DNA of 64,000 nt, taken from positions 17,755 to 81,754 of IMG/VR virus record IMGVR_UViG_3300045391_001467. One strand, written 5' to 3'. Of the stretch, positions 20,201 through 28,070 are shown piece after piece (positions within the stretch are counted from its first letter, which is position 1; each line of letters opens with the position of its first letter). This DNA is from a virus (taxonomy: Duplodnaviria > Caudoviricetes). The translations under genes and the position numbers were made by a program. The notes below the pieces were generated by a model. That model did not search any database, had not been told where the DNA came from, and saw only the letters and a program-made list of their open reading frames with translations.

Positions 20201-20867
20201 GGATTATTTGGGAACATTATCCCCTTCTTATGATAATATTGCTGCTGATACTACTATAGATGGTGGTGTGTTTAGGCAGAAATTTGCTAATGTGTATACA
20301 GCTAGACAAGTGATGCTGAATGCTATTGCCACTAAGGCTAGTACGCTTGCTACTTGGACGGGTGTTGTGAGTAGCAGTGGTAAGTTGAGCACTGCTGGGG
20401 ATATCTTCAATGGAGGGGCTGTAGGGACAACGGAGATAGCGGACGAGGCTGCTACAGCCGTGATAGTCAGTAATGTCAGTAATGTAGGTGTAGCGACCGG
20501 TATTGGTGGTGGATTTACTACAATTGCGTCAATAACTTACACGGCTTCTGTGACCGGTGTTGTAGCACTTATTGCCAAAGGGGGGTCTTCGACAAACAAC
20601 TATGCCTCTCCGGGGACTGTTGTTGTGGAAACTCCGTTAATGAAGGTAGTAGGCACAGGAGGTCTAGCATCCGCAGTTTTGGTTCCATCTGGGTCATTTC
20701 AACAAACCTCTTCATTGCCGTATAACCTTGACATAAGTATGTCTACAGTGTTTACGTTAACATCTGGAAACACTTATACATTTGAGTTTATGATGGAAGC
20801 TGAGTCAACAATGTATCAATGCGTTGTAGATAATCTTGAGTTCCGAATGGAAGCCATTAAAAAGTGA
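17217..20867 (+). CDS. tail tip / central fibre protein (gpJ-like host specificity)
   Basis: YVYGRARVGS, RGKKVYDPR, WSQNPAL motifs; FnIII-like region; internal helical repeat; C-terminal beta domain. Confidence 0.9.
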   Translation: MRLAILLVWLLSPMAAFSAPAVAAVAAWVSTNVVLTQVLLTIAMAAYGNARRRRAERAAKDAYNNSLADRTITSVATDSPYVYVYGRARVGSAVRAIFTSGDKDQYKHLVCVHAAHECDAIEEIYIAGKALGTLDADGLVTSGDYYKLATHAVEHEMTTNTYTVDQTGIVADSVGVVYEDSNNGGGGQVEFTYSGGVVTVDPELFTSLSTSAKVYVKWYYTTNASRVRVKKHLGTAGDPVDSYLHGLLPTKWPTTATLDGFCYTVITLDLNQPEFQSGIPAIEVLLRGKKVYDPRTDTTVWSQNPALIINDYLTSEMCGVDSSDIPQDYLISAANDCDEVVAMAEIDSNGSYVSGARYTFNGTVTSEQNQQEVLNQMADSMGGGITSTSWKMWAGVYTAPVLSLTQDDIVGSISITPGVSDADLFNGVKGQYANGLNNYVTSDYKPYQNSTYVTGDGRELWHNLDFPYTDNVQRVWNLCRIFTEDQRNSYTVTAEFSMKAWDINVGDRVYLTSDLFGWSNKVFRVVDKKFSPSSPVELSLKEDASSIWDFVDAAELDETPNTDLPNPFDVEELTSLTCSSGDDDLLLQADGTVVSRIKVEWPEATTQAVFTNGLIEVEWLRTGESVWNKVVVSGNETGAYLSPAHDGSFYTIRARAVNPYFNVKSDWIYTLHQVVGKSANPPDVTGFAVSVLSDATRHFSWTVSDQPVDVLHGGGYIIKYRTAGSGTPFASMTPLHTGLLTQSPYDTRSPAAGTYDFAIAALDSSGNESASAALVSSVVITDTSTASTALAAANAAQADATSALSQLSDIANDNLLVPSEKTSVIGNYSVITGEQAGIDAQATAYGITTEKTAYDSAVSTLTTYLGTLTSPVAWNNTSGNTTIVGSTFRTNFANVYTTRQALLNAIYAAAKTLANNAQTTANTAVTNAAAAQTDATNALSQLSSITSDSILAKNEKIPVIKDVNSILNDFVKNRIQADAFGVSHTDYDNAVWALWDYLGTLSPSYDNIAADTTIDGGVFRQKFANVYTARQVMLNAIATKASTLATWTGVVSSSGKLSTAGDIFNGGAVGTTEIADEAATAVIVSNVSNVGVATGIGGGFTTIASITYTASVTGVVALIAKGGSSTNNYASPGTVVVETPLMKVVGTGGLASAVLVPSGSFQQTSSLPYNLDISMSTVFTLTSGNTYTFEFMMEAESTMYQCVVDNLEFRMEAIKK

Positions 20868-21265
20868 ATACTTATACACCTTATAATAGAATTACAGGTA
20901 TTTTCCTTCCGCAAAAAATTACATGCAAGGATATACACTTAGCGGTAAATATACCTGATATGCATAGCTGCTTAGTAGGGAGTTATGACTATTTATCTCA
21001 ACGTGTAGATGTAGATACGAACGAGGTTATTGACTACATCCCTGAGCAACCGTCTGTACAACATGAGTGGAATCCAGAGATAAAAAGGTGGGTATATACC
21101 CCTTCCGCTCTTGAAGTATGCCTTAAGAACAGACAGGCGTCATATCCGTCTTTAAATGATCTAGCAGATGCTTTGTATTGGCAGTCTAAAGGGGATAATT
21201 CAAAACTTAACTCATACTTTGAAAAGTGTGACAAAGTTAAGAAGGATTTCCCGAAGCCTGTGTAG
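20864..21265 (+). CDS. tail fibre assembly chaperone (putative)
   Basis: Follows tip gene; YPSLNDLADALYW ... VKKDFPKP C-terminus. Confidence 0.6.
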   Translation: MNTYTPYNRITGIFLPQKITCKDIHLAVNIPDMHSCLVGSYDYLSQRVDVDTNEVIDYIPEQPSVQHEWNPEIKRWVYTPSALEVCLKNRQASYPSLNDLADALYWQSKGDNSKLNSYFEKCDKVKKDFPKPV

Positions 21266-21428
21266 TTAAAGTGTCATTTGTGGGAGGGGAGCTGACAATC
21301 GTTGGTTCTGCAGTTTGATATGAGCTAAGAGAGCCGCCTTCTCCTATAGGCGGTACACTATCATCCTGAAATCCTCCCCCTCCACAAGCAGACAGTACTA
21401 GAACAAAAGTAATGCAGGCGTATTTCAT
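21237..21428 (-). CDS. small antisense lipoprotein (63 aa)
   Basis: SD AGGAGG, MKYACITFVLVLSA-C lipobox, own promoter. Confidence 0.75.
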   Translation of the reverse strand: MKYACITFVLVLSACGGGGFQDDSVPPIGEGGSLSSYQTAEPTIVSSPPTNDTLTTQASGNPS

Positions 21429-21460
21429 TTCAAACCTCCTAATGTTTAACAAGTGAAAGC

Positions 21461-21489
21461 ACTATATCACTAAATAAAAACAATTGCAA
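21461..21489 (-). promoter_or_regulatory. sigma70-type promoter of the lipoprotein gene
   Basis: TTGCAA-17-TATAGT with extended -10 TG. Confidence 0.65.
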
Positions 21490-21554
21490 GAACTTTAAAC
21501 AATAAAACTAAAAATCAATAATGTGTTGGCATATCTATCTACAAAGGAACAAAC

Positions 21555-21863
21555 ATGCCTGAAAAAAGCCCTGAGTCTTATGCGGCTCTAACATATCTTT
21601 GGGTATTTGGTATGGCTGTGTTTGGCGGACTAATATCTTATCTAAAGAAGATCAAAAGTGGCATGAAGTGGAAATTAACTGATTTCATCATTGAATTAGC
21701 AACAGCATCTTTTGCTGGCATCGTAACATTCTATCTATGCCAAGCTCTTGACCTTAGTCAAGTCGCATCAGCAGCAATGGTAGGTGTTGCAGGACATTTT
21801 AGCTCTAAAGCTATCACATTATTTGGAGAAGCTTTAGAACGTCTTATTACTAAATGGAAATAA
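21555..21863 (+). CDS. holin (LydA-like, three hydrophobic segments)
   Basis: Three TM segments directly upstream of endolysin. Confidence 0.85.
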   Translation: MPEKSPESYAALTYLWVFGMAVFGGLISYLKKIKSGMKWKLTDFIIELATASFAGIVTFYLCQALDLSQVASAAMVGVAGHFSSKAITLFGEALERLITKWK

Positions 21864-21864
21864 C

Positions 21865-22404
21865 ATGAAGATCACATTGCAGCAACTGAAGACAATTATG
21901 CCATACTCAGGACAGAATGCAGATAAGTTTTTAGATGCTCTCAATGTGGCAATGAGTGAGTTTTCTATCAATACCCCACAGAGAATTGCAGCATTTCTTG
22001 CACAAATAGCTCATGAGAGTGGTAGTTTGAGGTTTGTTAAAGAAATTGCTTCTGGAACAGCTTATGAGGGTAGGAGAGACTTAGGGAATATTCTTCCGGG
22101 TGATGGGGCTAAGTATAAAGGAAGAGGGTTGATTCAAGTCACAGGCAAGACTAACTACACAGCCGTAATGCTTGCCTTGAATATTGACTGCCTTGAGCAC
22201 CCCGAATTACTTGAACAGCCCATCAATGCTTGCCGCAGCGCTGCTTGGTTTTGGCAAAGCCATGGCTTGAATCAGCTTGTCGATTCCAATACAGAAGATT
22301 CTTTTACGTTAATTACTAAAAGAATTAACGGGGGGATGAATGGCTTTAGAGAACGGCTAGAGTACTGGAAAAGAGCAAAGAAAGTGTTAGGAGTGAAGTT
22401 ATGA
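21865..22404 (+). CDS. endolysin, glycoside hydrolase family 19
   Basis: AAFLAQIAHESG, YKGRGLIQVTG.NY, ITKRINGG motifs. Confidence 0.93.
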   Translation: MKITLQQLKTIMPYSGQNADKFLDALNVAMSEFSINTPQRIAAFLAQIAHESGSLRFVKEIASGTAYEGRRDLGNILPGDGAKYKGRGLIQVTGKTNYTAVMLALNIDCLEHPELLEQPINACRSAAWFWQSHGLNQLVDSNTEDSFTLITKRINGGMNGFRERLEYWKRAKKVLGVKL

Positions 22405-22637
22405 TGGAACAAATCAAAACACAGCTATGGAATCTTGTGACGGAGCCAGATAACAAGACACTGTGCCCTATTAAGGTTGCAGCTATGATAGCAATGGGGG
22501 AATGGCTTGTTATGCAGCCAATGTCTTTCATTCATACACATACGCTTGACCCTGTAGCTTTTGGAACGGGATTTGGAGCGCTTGTAGCTGGTGTTGGTGT
22601 AGCTCTAGGAATGAAAAAAGATTCGCCTGTTAATTAA
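22401..22637 (+). CDS. small two-TM membrane protein in lysis cassette
   Basis: 78 aa, two hydrophobic segments, overlaps endolysin stop. Confidence 0.65.
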   Translation: MMEQIKTQLWNLVTEPDNKTLCPIKVAAMIAMGEWLVMQPMSFIHTHTLDPVAFGTGFGALVAGVGVALGMKKDSPVN

Positions 22638-22641
22638 AGGA

Positions 22642-23073
22642 ATGATCATGCCTATATTGGGTATATTCAGAGTGGTTCCAGCATGGGCTTATAAATTGCT
22701 TGCTGTAATGGTTTTGCTTGCAGGAGTCTTTTTTGCTGGGGAATACAGAGTACAACGGCAGTGGGATGCCTCTATTAAAGCTCAGAAAGCTAAAGTTCAA
22801 GTTGTTTTAACAAAACAGCAAGCTGCTACAGATAATGTGCAGAAAGTTCAAGTAAAGGCAGAAGAGAAAGTACACACTGTCTTTAAGGATAGAGTAATCT
22901 ATAAGACAAAGGTGGTGCCTCATGAAGTTATTGTTAAAGAAGATGCTGATTGCATTATTCCTGATAGGTTTATCAGCATGTGGAACAGTGCCAACAGTGG
23001 TGAAGTTCCCAACGCCTCCAGCAGCATTGATGCAGCCGCCAGCGGAAGCAGGGAAATTGAAGGAACACGCTAA
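22642..23073 (+). CDS. i-spanin (Rz-like)
   Basis: N-terminal TM, coiled coil, C-terminal CIIPDRFISMWN. Confidence 0.8.
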   Translation: MIMPILGIFRVVPAWAYKLLAVMVLLAGVFFAGEYRVQRQWDASIKAQKAKVQVVLTKQQAATDNVQKVQVKAEEKVHTVFKDRVIYKTKVVPHEVIVKEDADCIIPDRFISMWNSANSGEVPNASSSIDAAASGSREIEGTR

Positions 23074-23185
23074 GTTATCCGATATAGAGGCGCAGCATGA
23101 AAGGGAAGCGGAAGCCTTCCTGATTAATAAAGAAAGACTTCTTGGCTGGCAAGAGTGGGCTAGGAAGCAAATGGACATTAAATAG
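22922..23185 (+). CDS. o-spanin (Rz1-like lipoprotein), overlapping Rz
   Basis: Lipobox LSA-C, Pro-rich FPTPPAALMQPP, alternative frame overlapping Rz. Confidence 0.85.
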   Translation: MKLLLKKMLIALFLIGLSACGTVPTVVKFPTPPAALMQPPAEAGKLKEHAKLSDIEAQHEREAEAFLINKERLLGWQEWARKQMDIK

Positions 23186-23214
23186 TATTACTTAGCTCCT
23201 AGATAGGGCATTGC

Positions 23215-23251
23215 GAGCACTTGATTCTTCATTGAGTCAGGTGCTCTTTTT
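23215..23251 (+). terminator. intrinsic terminator at end of late arm
   Basis: 13 bp stem GAGCACTTGATTC/GAGTCAGGTGCTC then TTTTT. Confidence 0.8.
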
Positions 23252-23588
23252 ATTTTACCAACTCAAAAGTATTGTGGATTCCACCAACACATCCTACAGC
23301 ATTAACAGCTACCTTCTCTGTATTTGTCATCTTATCAAATTCTTTCCAAACAAACCAAACAAGTGCAACGTTAAATAGTGCAAATAAAGCAGGATGTGCA
23401 ACAAGAGGTTTCATAACAGGGTTTAATTCAACCCCTCCTTTGTGAATTATATACTCAGTTGTGACGACATCAGTTGCTCTACACGCTGCAAAAGTATTCT
23501 TGCTAGTGCCAACAGAAATTGCTTTGTCTGAAATAGTGGAGCAACCTACTAGAGATAAAATGCACAATAATGTAATGATCTTTTTCAT
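23250..23588 (-). CDS. lipoprotein with D-x-x-T-T...E-x-N-P membrane motif (DUF5658-like)
   Basis: Lipobox LVG-C; DVVTT...GGVELNPVM; further TM segment. Confidence 0.6.
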   Translation of the reverse strand: MKKIITLLCILSLVGCSTISDKAISVGTSKNTFAACRATDVVTTEYIIHKGGVELNPVMKPLVAHPALFALFNVALVWFVWKEFDKMTNTEKVAVNAVGCVGGIHNTFELVK

Positions 23589-23634
23589 GTTGCTCCTTTT
23601 AAAGGGTTAGTTCTACTCTTTTTGTTTCTATATC

Positions 23635-24207
23635 TCAAACAAGCATATACATTTCTTCCTCTTTAACGCTGATTTGATTAGCTTCTAGAGGGTTAAAGTT
23701 AGGCTCATCCATAAGTGCTTTTACAGCTTTATAGAATGCATCCTTAGCATTAGTCGTAGTTATAATTTTATTTAGGACTAGATGTTTACCATGATAGCCT
23801 GCCCACGAGTTCAAGTTTGAGTACTCTGCGATATATACTTTAACTTTCTTTTCTTCTTTACTTGTTACACTGCTCTGACATAGATTTTTGAAGAGCACCA
23901 TTTTTAATTTCCCCTTCCAGTGTGTTGTCTCGATATAGTAGTACGTCTTATCGTGACGATTATATTCTACAGACAATGTTCCGATGTAGTGCACACCATT
24001 GACGATGAACTCTTGAGTGTATGTGCCTTCACAATCTTTATAAGCTTCGTCCTTTAGGCGCGCATACACTACTCCCTCAGCTTCTTCCATACTACTGAAG
24101 ACATTATTCTCTACAGCACCGAACCACAATGCCCTTTCATTCTTAATGCTGTCAACTAGTTCTAGGGCTGCTGACAAGCGAGTTTCAATATCTTTCAAGT
24201 CCGACAT
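23635..24207 (-). CDS. hypothetical protein
   Basis: 190 aa ORF with SD, in - operon. Confidence 0.6.
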   Translation of the reverse strand: MSDLKDIETRLSAALELVDSIKNERALWFGAVENNVFSSMEEAEGVVYARLKDEAYKDCEGTYTQEFIVNGVHYIGTLSVEYNRHDKTYYYIETTHWKGKLKMVLFKNLCQSSVTSKEEKKVKVYIAEYSNLNSWAGYHGKHLVLNKIITTTNAKDAFYKAVKALMDEPNFNPLEANQISVKEEEMYMLV

Positions 24208-24208
24208 A

Positions 24209-24484
24209 TTATCCTTCTACGACATCATCAAGAGCTTCAAACAATTGTCCCAATTCTCGTGTGGCCTTTGTTTTTGCCGCATGTCGCTCTTTTAGGTATT
24301 TAGACACTTTGGCTTTCTTTAGTCCTGTTGTCTCAGATACTGTTTCCACCACTTCTTTAAACTGCTGGTCAGCTTCCTCAATCGTTGCAAGATGTTCAAA
24401 AGCTTCTTTTAGGTACTCTTGAAACATCTCTTGGTCAATCTGAACATTCTTACCATCAAACTCAATACTTACAACATTAGTCAT
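24209..24484 (-). CDS. dsDNA-binding protein, T4 DsbA/GapR-like (putative)
   Basis: Start at MTNVVS (SD GGAGAG); helical pattern IEEADQQFKEVVE...TGLKKAKVSKYLK. Confidence 0.45.
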   Translation of the reverse strand: MTNVVSIEFDGKNVQIDQEMFQEYLKEAFEHLATIEEADQQFKEVVETVSETTGLKKAKVSKYLKERHAAKTKATRELGQLFEALDDVVEG

Positions 24485-24665
24485 TCTTCTCTCCGAATAA
24501 GATATTACATATAACACTAAAAACGATATACAAACCAAATACACCAACTCCAAGGTAGATAAATGTTGCTACTGGAATCAGGATAATAACTGCAATGCAA
24601 CTAAGTAATACTCTAACAAATAATTCTGGAACGAAGTTGTATATTCTCAGAAATATATTTTTCAT
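24477..24665 (-). CDS. small membrane protein
   Basis: 62 aa, two hydrophobic segments. Confidence 0.55.
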   Translation of the reverse strand: MKNIFLRIYNFVPELFVRVLLSCIAVIILIPVATFIYLGVGVFGLYIVFSVICNILFGEKND

Positions 24666-24668
24666 TCT

Positions 24669-24884
24669 TCAAGTTCCAAGATATATGGATTTCACCGTAG
24701 GTAAAGCTAAAGGATTAACCCTCTTCTCTAAATACTCATATAGTTCGTTTGTCTTAAAAGAAAAAGCTTCTTCTACTTCGGGTGAAGTTGAAAATACTAA
24801 GGCATATAAGTAATTAGCTTCTTCTTGCGTTTCTACAATGATACTAAATGGTTTAAATCCGTTATGAGTTTCTTCAAATTTCAT
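24669..24884 (-). CDS. hypothetical protein
   Basis: 71 aa, SD AAAGGA. Confidence 0.6.
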   Translation of the reverse strand: MKFEETHNGFKPFSIIVETQEEANYLYALVFSTSPEVEEAFSFKTNELYEYLEKRVNPLALPTVKSIYLGT

Positions 24885-24899
24885 GATATCCTTTATTTA

Positions 24900-24944
24900 A
24901 GCAAGAAAGCATAGAATCTTTATATGCTTCTATGCTTTCTTGCT
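24900..24944. repeat. 17 bp perfect inverted repeat
   Basis: AGCAAGAAAGCATAGAA-11 nt-TTCTATGCTTTCTTGCT. Confidence 0.9.
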
Positions 24945-24957
24945 GGTTGTCAAGGGG

Positions 24958-25914
24958 TTAGTATTCCCACTTACCACTTAAACTGTCTTTGCTGTAGGCC
25001 GTAATAGTTGTTTCAAAGAAATTCCCAAACACGCCGTCACCTGTGATTTCTTCGACAAATTGACAAGGATTTTTCTCAATTCCGAATTGACGCTTAAACC
25101 CAAGTTGCCTCATGCGGTAGTCACACACGAATCTCACATAATCTTTAGCCTCTTGTTTTGTCATCTTAGGTCCGCTGCCTGTATCGTAGCACAGATCAAT
25201 AAACACGTCAACTAATGTGACAACCTTCCTAGCTGTTTCATACATTGTACGCTTGAAGTCCTCTGTAACAACTGAAGGATTCTCTTCTATAAATATACGG
25301 AACAACTCCGCTAGTCCTTCAATATGCATGCTTTCATCGACTATTGACCACTGATTCACACTCACCATTCCGGGCAGTTGACCCACTCTTGAAAAGTCTA
25401 GTAGCATGGCGAATTGAGCGAAAAGATCAACACCTTCCATTAACACTTGCTTGCCTAGATACTCAGCTTTACCTTTATTGGAGCGCAAGTCAACTTGCTC
25501 AACCATGTACTCATGCTTATCTTTCATCTCCTTGAAAGATAGAAACTCTGACATGAACTCTTCTGTATCATACCCCAGCGTGTCGTTTAGACGCTTATAA
25601 GCGTACATATGGCCGCTTTCACGGCTAGCAAAAGACAACAGCATCATACGAGCATCTGCGTTCTTAAATACGGGAAGAAGTTTTTCTACGTAGCCCGCAC
25701 AAACATTTGTATCAGACTGAGTAAAGCCTCTAAGGATCATCTTAATAAAAGCTTTACGCTCAGGCGTAATGGTTCCATCCTTCCACTGAGATACGTCACT
25801 GCTCATGTCAGCTTCTTCAGGAACCCAATGAGCACGTTCGTGCTTCTCATAAATCTCTTGCAACTTAAGGTAACGGGGTACGAAGATTTCCGTCGCTTCA
25901 GTAATTTTACTCAT
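24958..25914 (-). CDS. nrdB: ribonucleotide reductase class Ia beta subunit
   Basis: HWVPEE, FTQSD, RESGH..AY, DESMHIEG di-iron ligands; start at MSKITE. Confidence 0.93.
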   Translation of the reverse strand: MSKITEATEIFVPRYLKLQEIYEKHERAHWVPEEADMSSDVSQWKDGTITPERKAFIKMILRGFTQSDTNVCAGYVEKLLPVFKNADARMMLLSFASRESGHMYAYKRLNDTLGYDTEEFMSEFLSFKEMKDKHEYMVEQVDLRSNKGKAEYLGKQVLMEGVDLFAQFAMLLDFSRVGQLPGMVSVNQWSIVDESMHIEGLAELFRIFIEENPSVVTEDFKRTMYETARKVVTLVDVFIDLCYDTGSGPKMTKQEAKDYVRFVCDYRMRQLGFKRQFGIEKNPCQFVEEITGDGVFGNFFETTITAYSKDSLSGKWEY

Positions 25915-25919
25915 CTTCT

Positions 25920-26867
25920 TTATCCTTCGCAAGAGGCACAAGTTTCAGCCTCAGACCAATCCACAAGAGCTTTTCTTTCAATCTCTTTAGCATTGTTCAC
26001 TTCCCCTTCTTTCTCCCCCCTGAAGTAGTAAAGGGTATAGACGTTTGGACTCTTCAAGAATTTCAAGTGGACACTATTCACATACTTACGGCTGCTCCCG
26101 AATGGGAAAAATAAATTCAAACTTTGAGACTGTCCACGTTCGCCCATAATTGCTCCACGATGTTCTGCTAGCTCCACTACCCAGTGCTGGTCAATCTCCA
26201 TTGCAACTTTAAACACATTTTTTTCATGCTCACTCAGGAAATCAAGGTGTGTGACACGGCCTTCATTGTCTTGAATTGACTTCCAAACTTCTTCTGTATC
26301 CTTACCACACTTTTCAAGAACTTTAGCAAGGTGCATGTTCTTCACTGTAAAGTTCCCCGCTTTTGTACTCTTCAAGAATATGTTTCTAAAGTAAGGTTCA
26401 ATTGTAGGAGAGGTATTCAGCAAATCAGAGTTATTGGCATTAGGAGCTAGAGCAAACAAGCGAGAATTTCGCAGCCCTGTTCCTTTCATGTCCTCTGGCT
26501 CACCTCGCTCCATTGCAAGTTGCTTACTTCCTTCCACACCTTTCTCCACAATATGCTTAAAGATAATGTTGGTGTGTTGCACACTGCTGTTAAAACCGCC
26601 ACCTTCAAATGGAATGCCTTTGCTCTGCAAATACCCATGAAAGCCCATTGTTCCGATCCCTACTGCCCTCTCTCTTCTTGCACTATATTTAGCACGTTGA
26701 ATTGTGTCAGGTGCATTGTCAATAAAACTTTGCAACACATTATCCAAGAATCGAACAAGGTCTTCTACAATTGTAGAGTCTTTCCATTCATCAAATTTCT
26801 CCAAATTCAAACTGCTAAGACAACAGACGAAGCTTCTATTTTCGTCTGTTGGCAACAGAATTTCACT
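25920..26867 (-). CDS. nrdA: RNR alpha subunit, exon 2
   Basis: Begins AGT GAA ATT (S-E-I); VCCLSSLN, LAPNAN, TLYYFR, C-terminal CASCEG. Confidence 0.92.
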   Translation of the reverse strand, partial: SEILLPTDENRSFVCCLSSLNLEKFDEWKDSTIVEDLVRFLDNVLQSFIDNAPDTIQRAKYSARRERAVGIGTMGFHGYLQSKGIPFEGGGFNSSVQHTNIIFKHIVEKGVEGSKQLAMERGEPEDMKGTGLRNSRLFALAPNANNSDLLNTSPTIEPYFRNIFLKSTKAGNFTVKNMHLAKVLEKCGKDTEEVWKSIQDNEGRVTHLDFLSEHEKNVFKVAMEIDQHWVVELAEHRGAIMGERGQSQSLNLFFPFGSSRKYVNSVHLKFLKSPNVYTLYYFRGEKEGEVNNAKEIERKALVDWSEAETCASCEG

Positions 26868-27148
26868 CGTTATGTTCAGGTAAGGTCGTTAGTCTTACCC
26901 CGCTTTATTCAAGCTGCTATACATCCCTGTATAGACCAGACTATATCACCATCCTGCAACAGGATGCTCACCGCTTTGAGCCACTTGGCCCTACTCCCTT
27001 CCGGGATAGTCGTTGCTCTTTCCTGCACGTTCTTCCACGCTGCTTGGTTAGTGGTTGTATCAGGCTTAGATCAGGATTACGTGTTCTACGCTTCCCCTGA
27101 GTTCAATGAGTTTGCAATATACATTACTGTATAAGGGTGCTGTTATCA
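26868..27148 (-). mobile_element. group I intron (IA2-like), 281 nt, no ORF
   Basis: P1 GTGU|UG-AUAA-CAGCAC with U-G at splice site; terminal G; GACUA / GAUAUAGUC P7; splicing restores N-L-C-S-E. Confidence 0.93.
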
Positions 27149-28036
27149 ACACAAATTACTGCCACGAATCTTCAATCCTAAATCTTTCTGTGCTTGAGGA
27201 AGATTCCTATTGGCAGCGTCAATTTTCAGTAGGTAAGGCTCACCAGTCAGCGCACGAGTTTCCAGAATCTCTTCCCATACCTTACGTGCACACAGTTTCT
27301 CAAATACTCTACCAGAATGAGGACATTTCAGTTCATATTCTTTGTCTTGCAATACAGCGTCAATGAAATTATCAGTGATATTTACTGCACAGTGAAATTG
27401 CTTACGATTATCACTGCGACGCTTACTGTCACCTCCCGGTTTCCTGAATCTAATATGTTCAATGATGTCGGGATGATCTACATCTAAATAAGCAGCTAGT
27501 GCTGCACGTTTTGATTTTCCTTGCTGAAAATAAGCGATAGCACTGTCCATCATCTTCATGTAAGGAATCGGGCCTACAGCTTTACCTCCAATCCCTCTGA
27601 TATCCATGTGTGCTGCAGTTCCACCCCCAAGCATACACAACTCAGCCAGTTCTTGAATTACACTAACTTGCCCTTTGGCTGTATCAGGGACATTAAAAGC
27701 AAAACAGTTGATTGGTTGGCCGTGTATCTTCTCTTCCGCTACAAATTCATGTGTACGCCAATCAGTGGGATTTTCCTTCTTTACCCAATGCCCTTGTTGA
27801 CTATTAGACAGCACCCGCCCCGCATACATGAACCAACCTTTGTATGCATAGTCATAAATACGTTGTGCAAGAGCATAATCCCCGTAACAAAATGCTACAG
27901 CAGGGCGGGATAACGCTTGTGAGATAGTTTCATCTTCTCTCTTATAAAATCCATCTAATAGTGTCTTTGAAAACTCTGTAATATACTCAGGGTCTTCTTT
28001 ATTAATTAGAATTCCTTGATACTCTACTTTAGTCAT
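27149..28036 (-). CDS. nrdA: RNR alpha subunit, exon 1 (spliced product 611 aa)
   Basis: PINCF, GGGTA, AAYLDVDHPDI, TGEPY, ends GSNLC. Confidence 0.92.
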
Positions 28037-28054
28037 CTACTTCCTTCTCTATTA

Positions 28055-28070
28055 TTCTCAGTTTTAAGAA
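28055..28070. promoter_or_regulatory. TTCTCA-N4-TGAGAA palindrome, copy 2 (one mismatch)
   Basis: TTCTCAGTTTTAAGAA just upstream of nrdA SD. Confidence 0.55.

Noticed and set aside
250-23178. Antisense ORFs over the late arm (e.g. 250-540, 6238-6567, 6634-7029, 16908-17216, 22807-23178)
   Set aside because: Shadows of strong + strand genes, no SD or motif; only 21237-21428 has independent support
23635-24207. Possible fusion of two genes (internal SD-like GGGG before MVLFK)
   Set aside because: Cannot be distinguished from a single gene without homologues
25920-28036. Naturally split nrdA or sequencing frameshift
   Set aside because: The gap has full group I intron hallmarks and splices in frame
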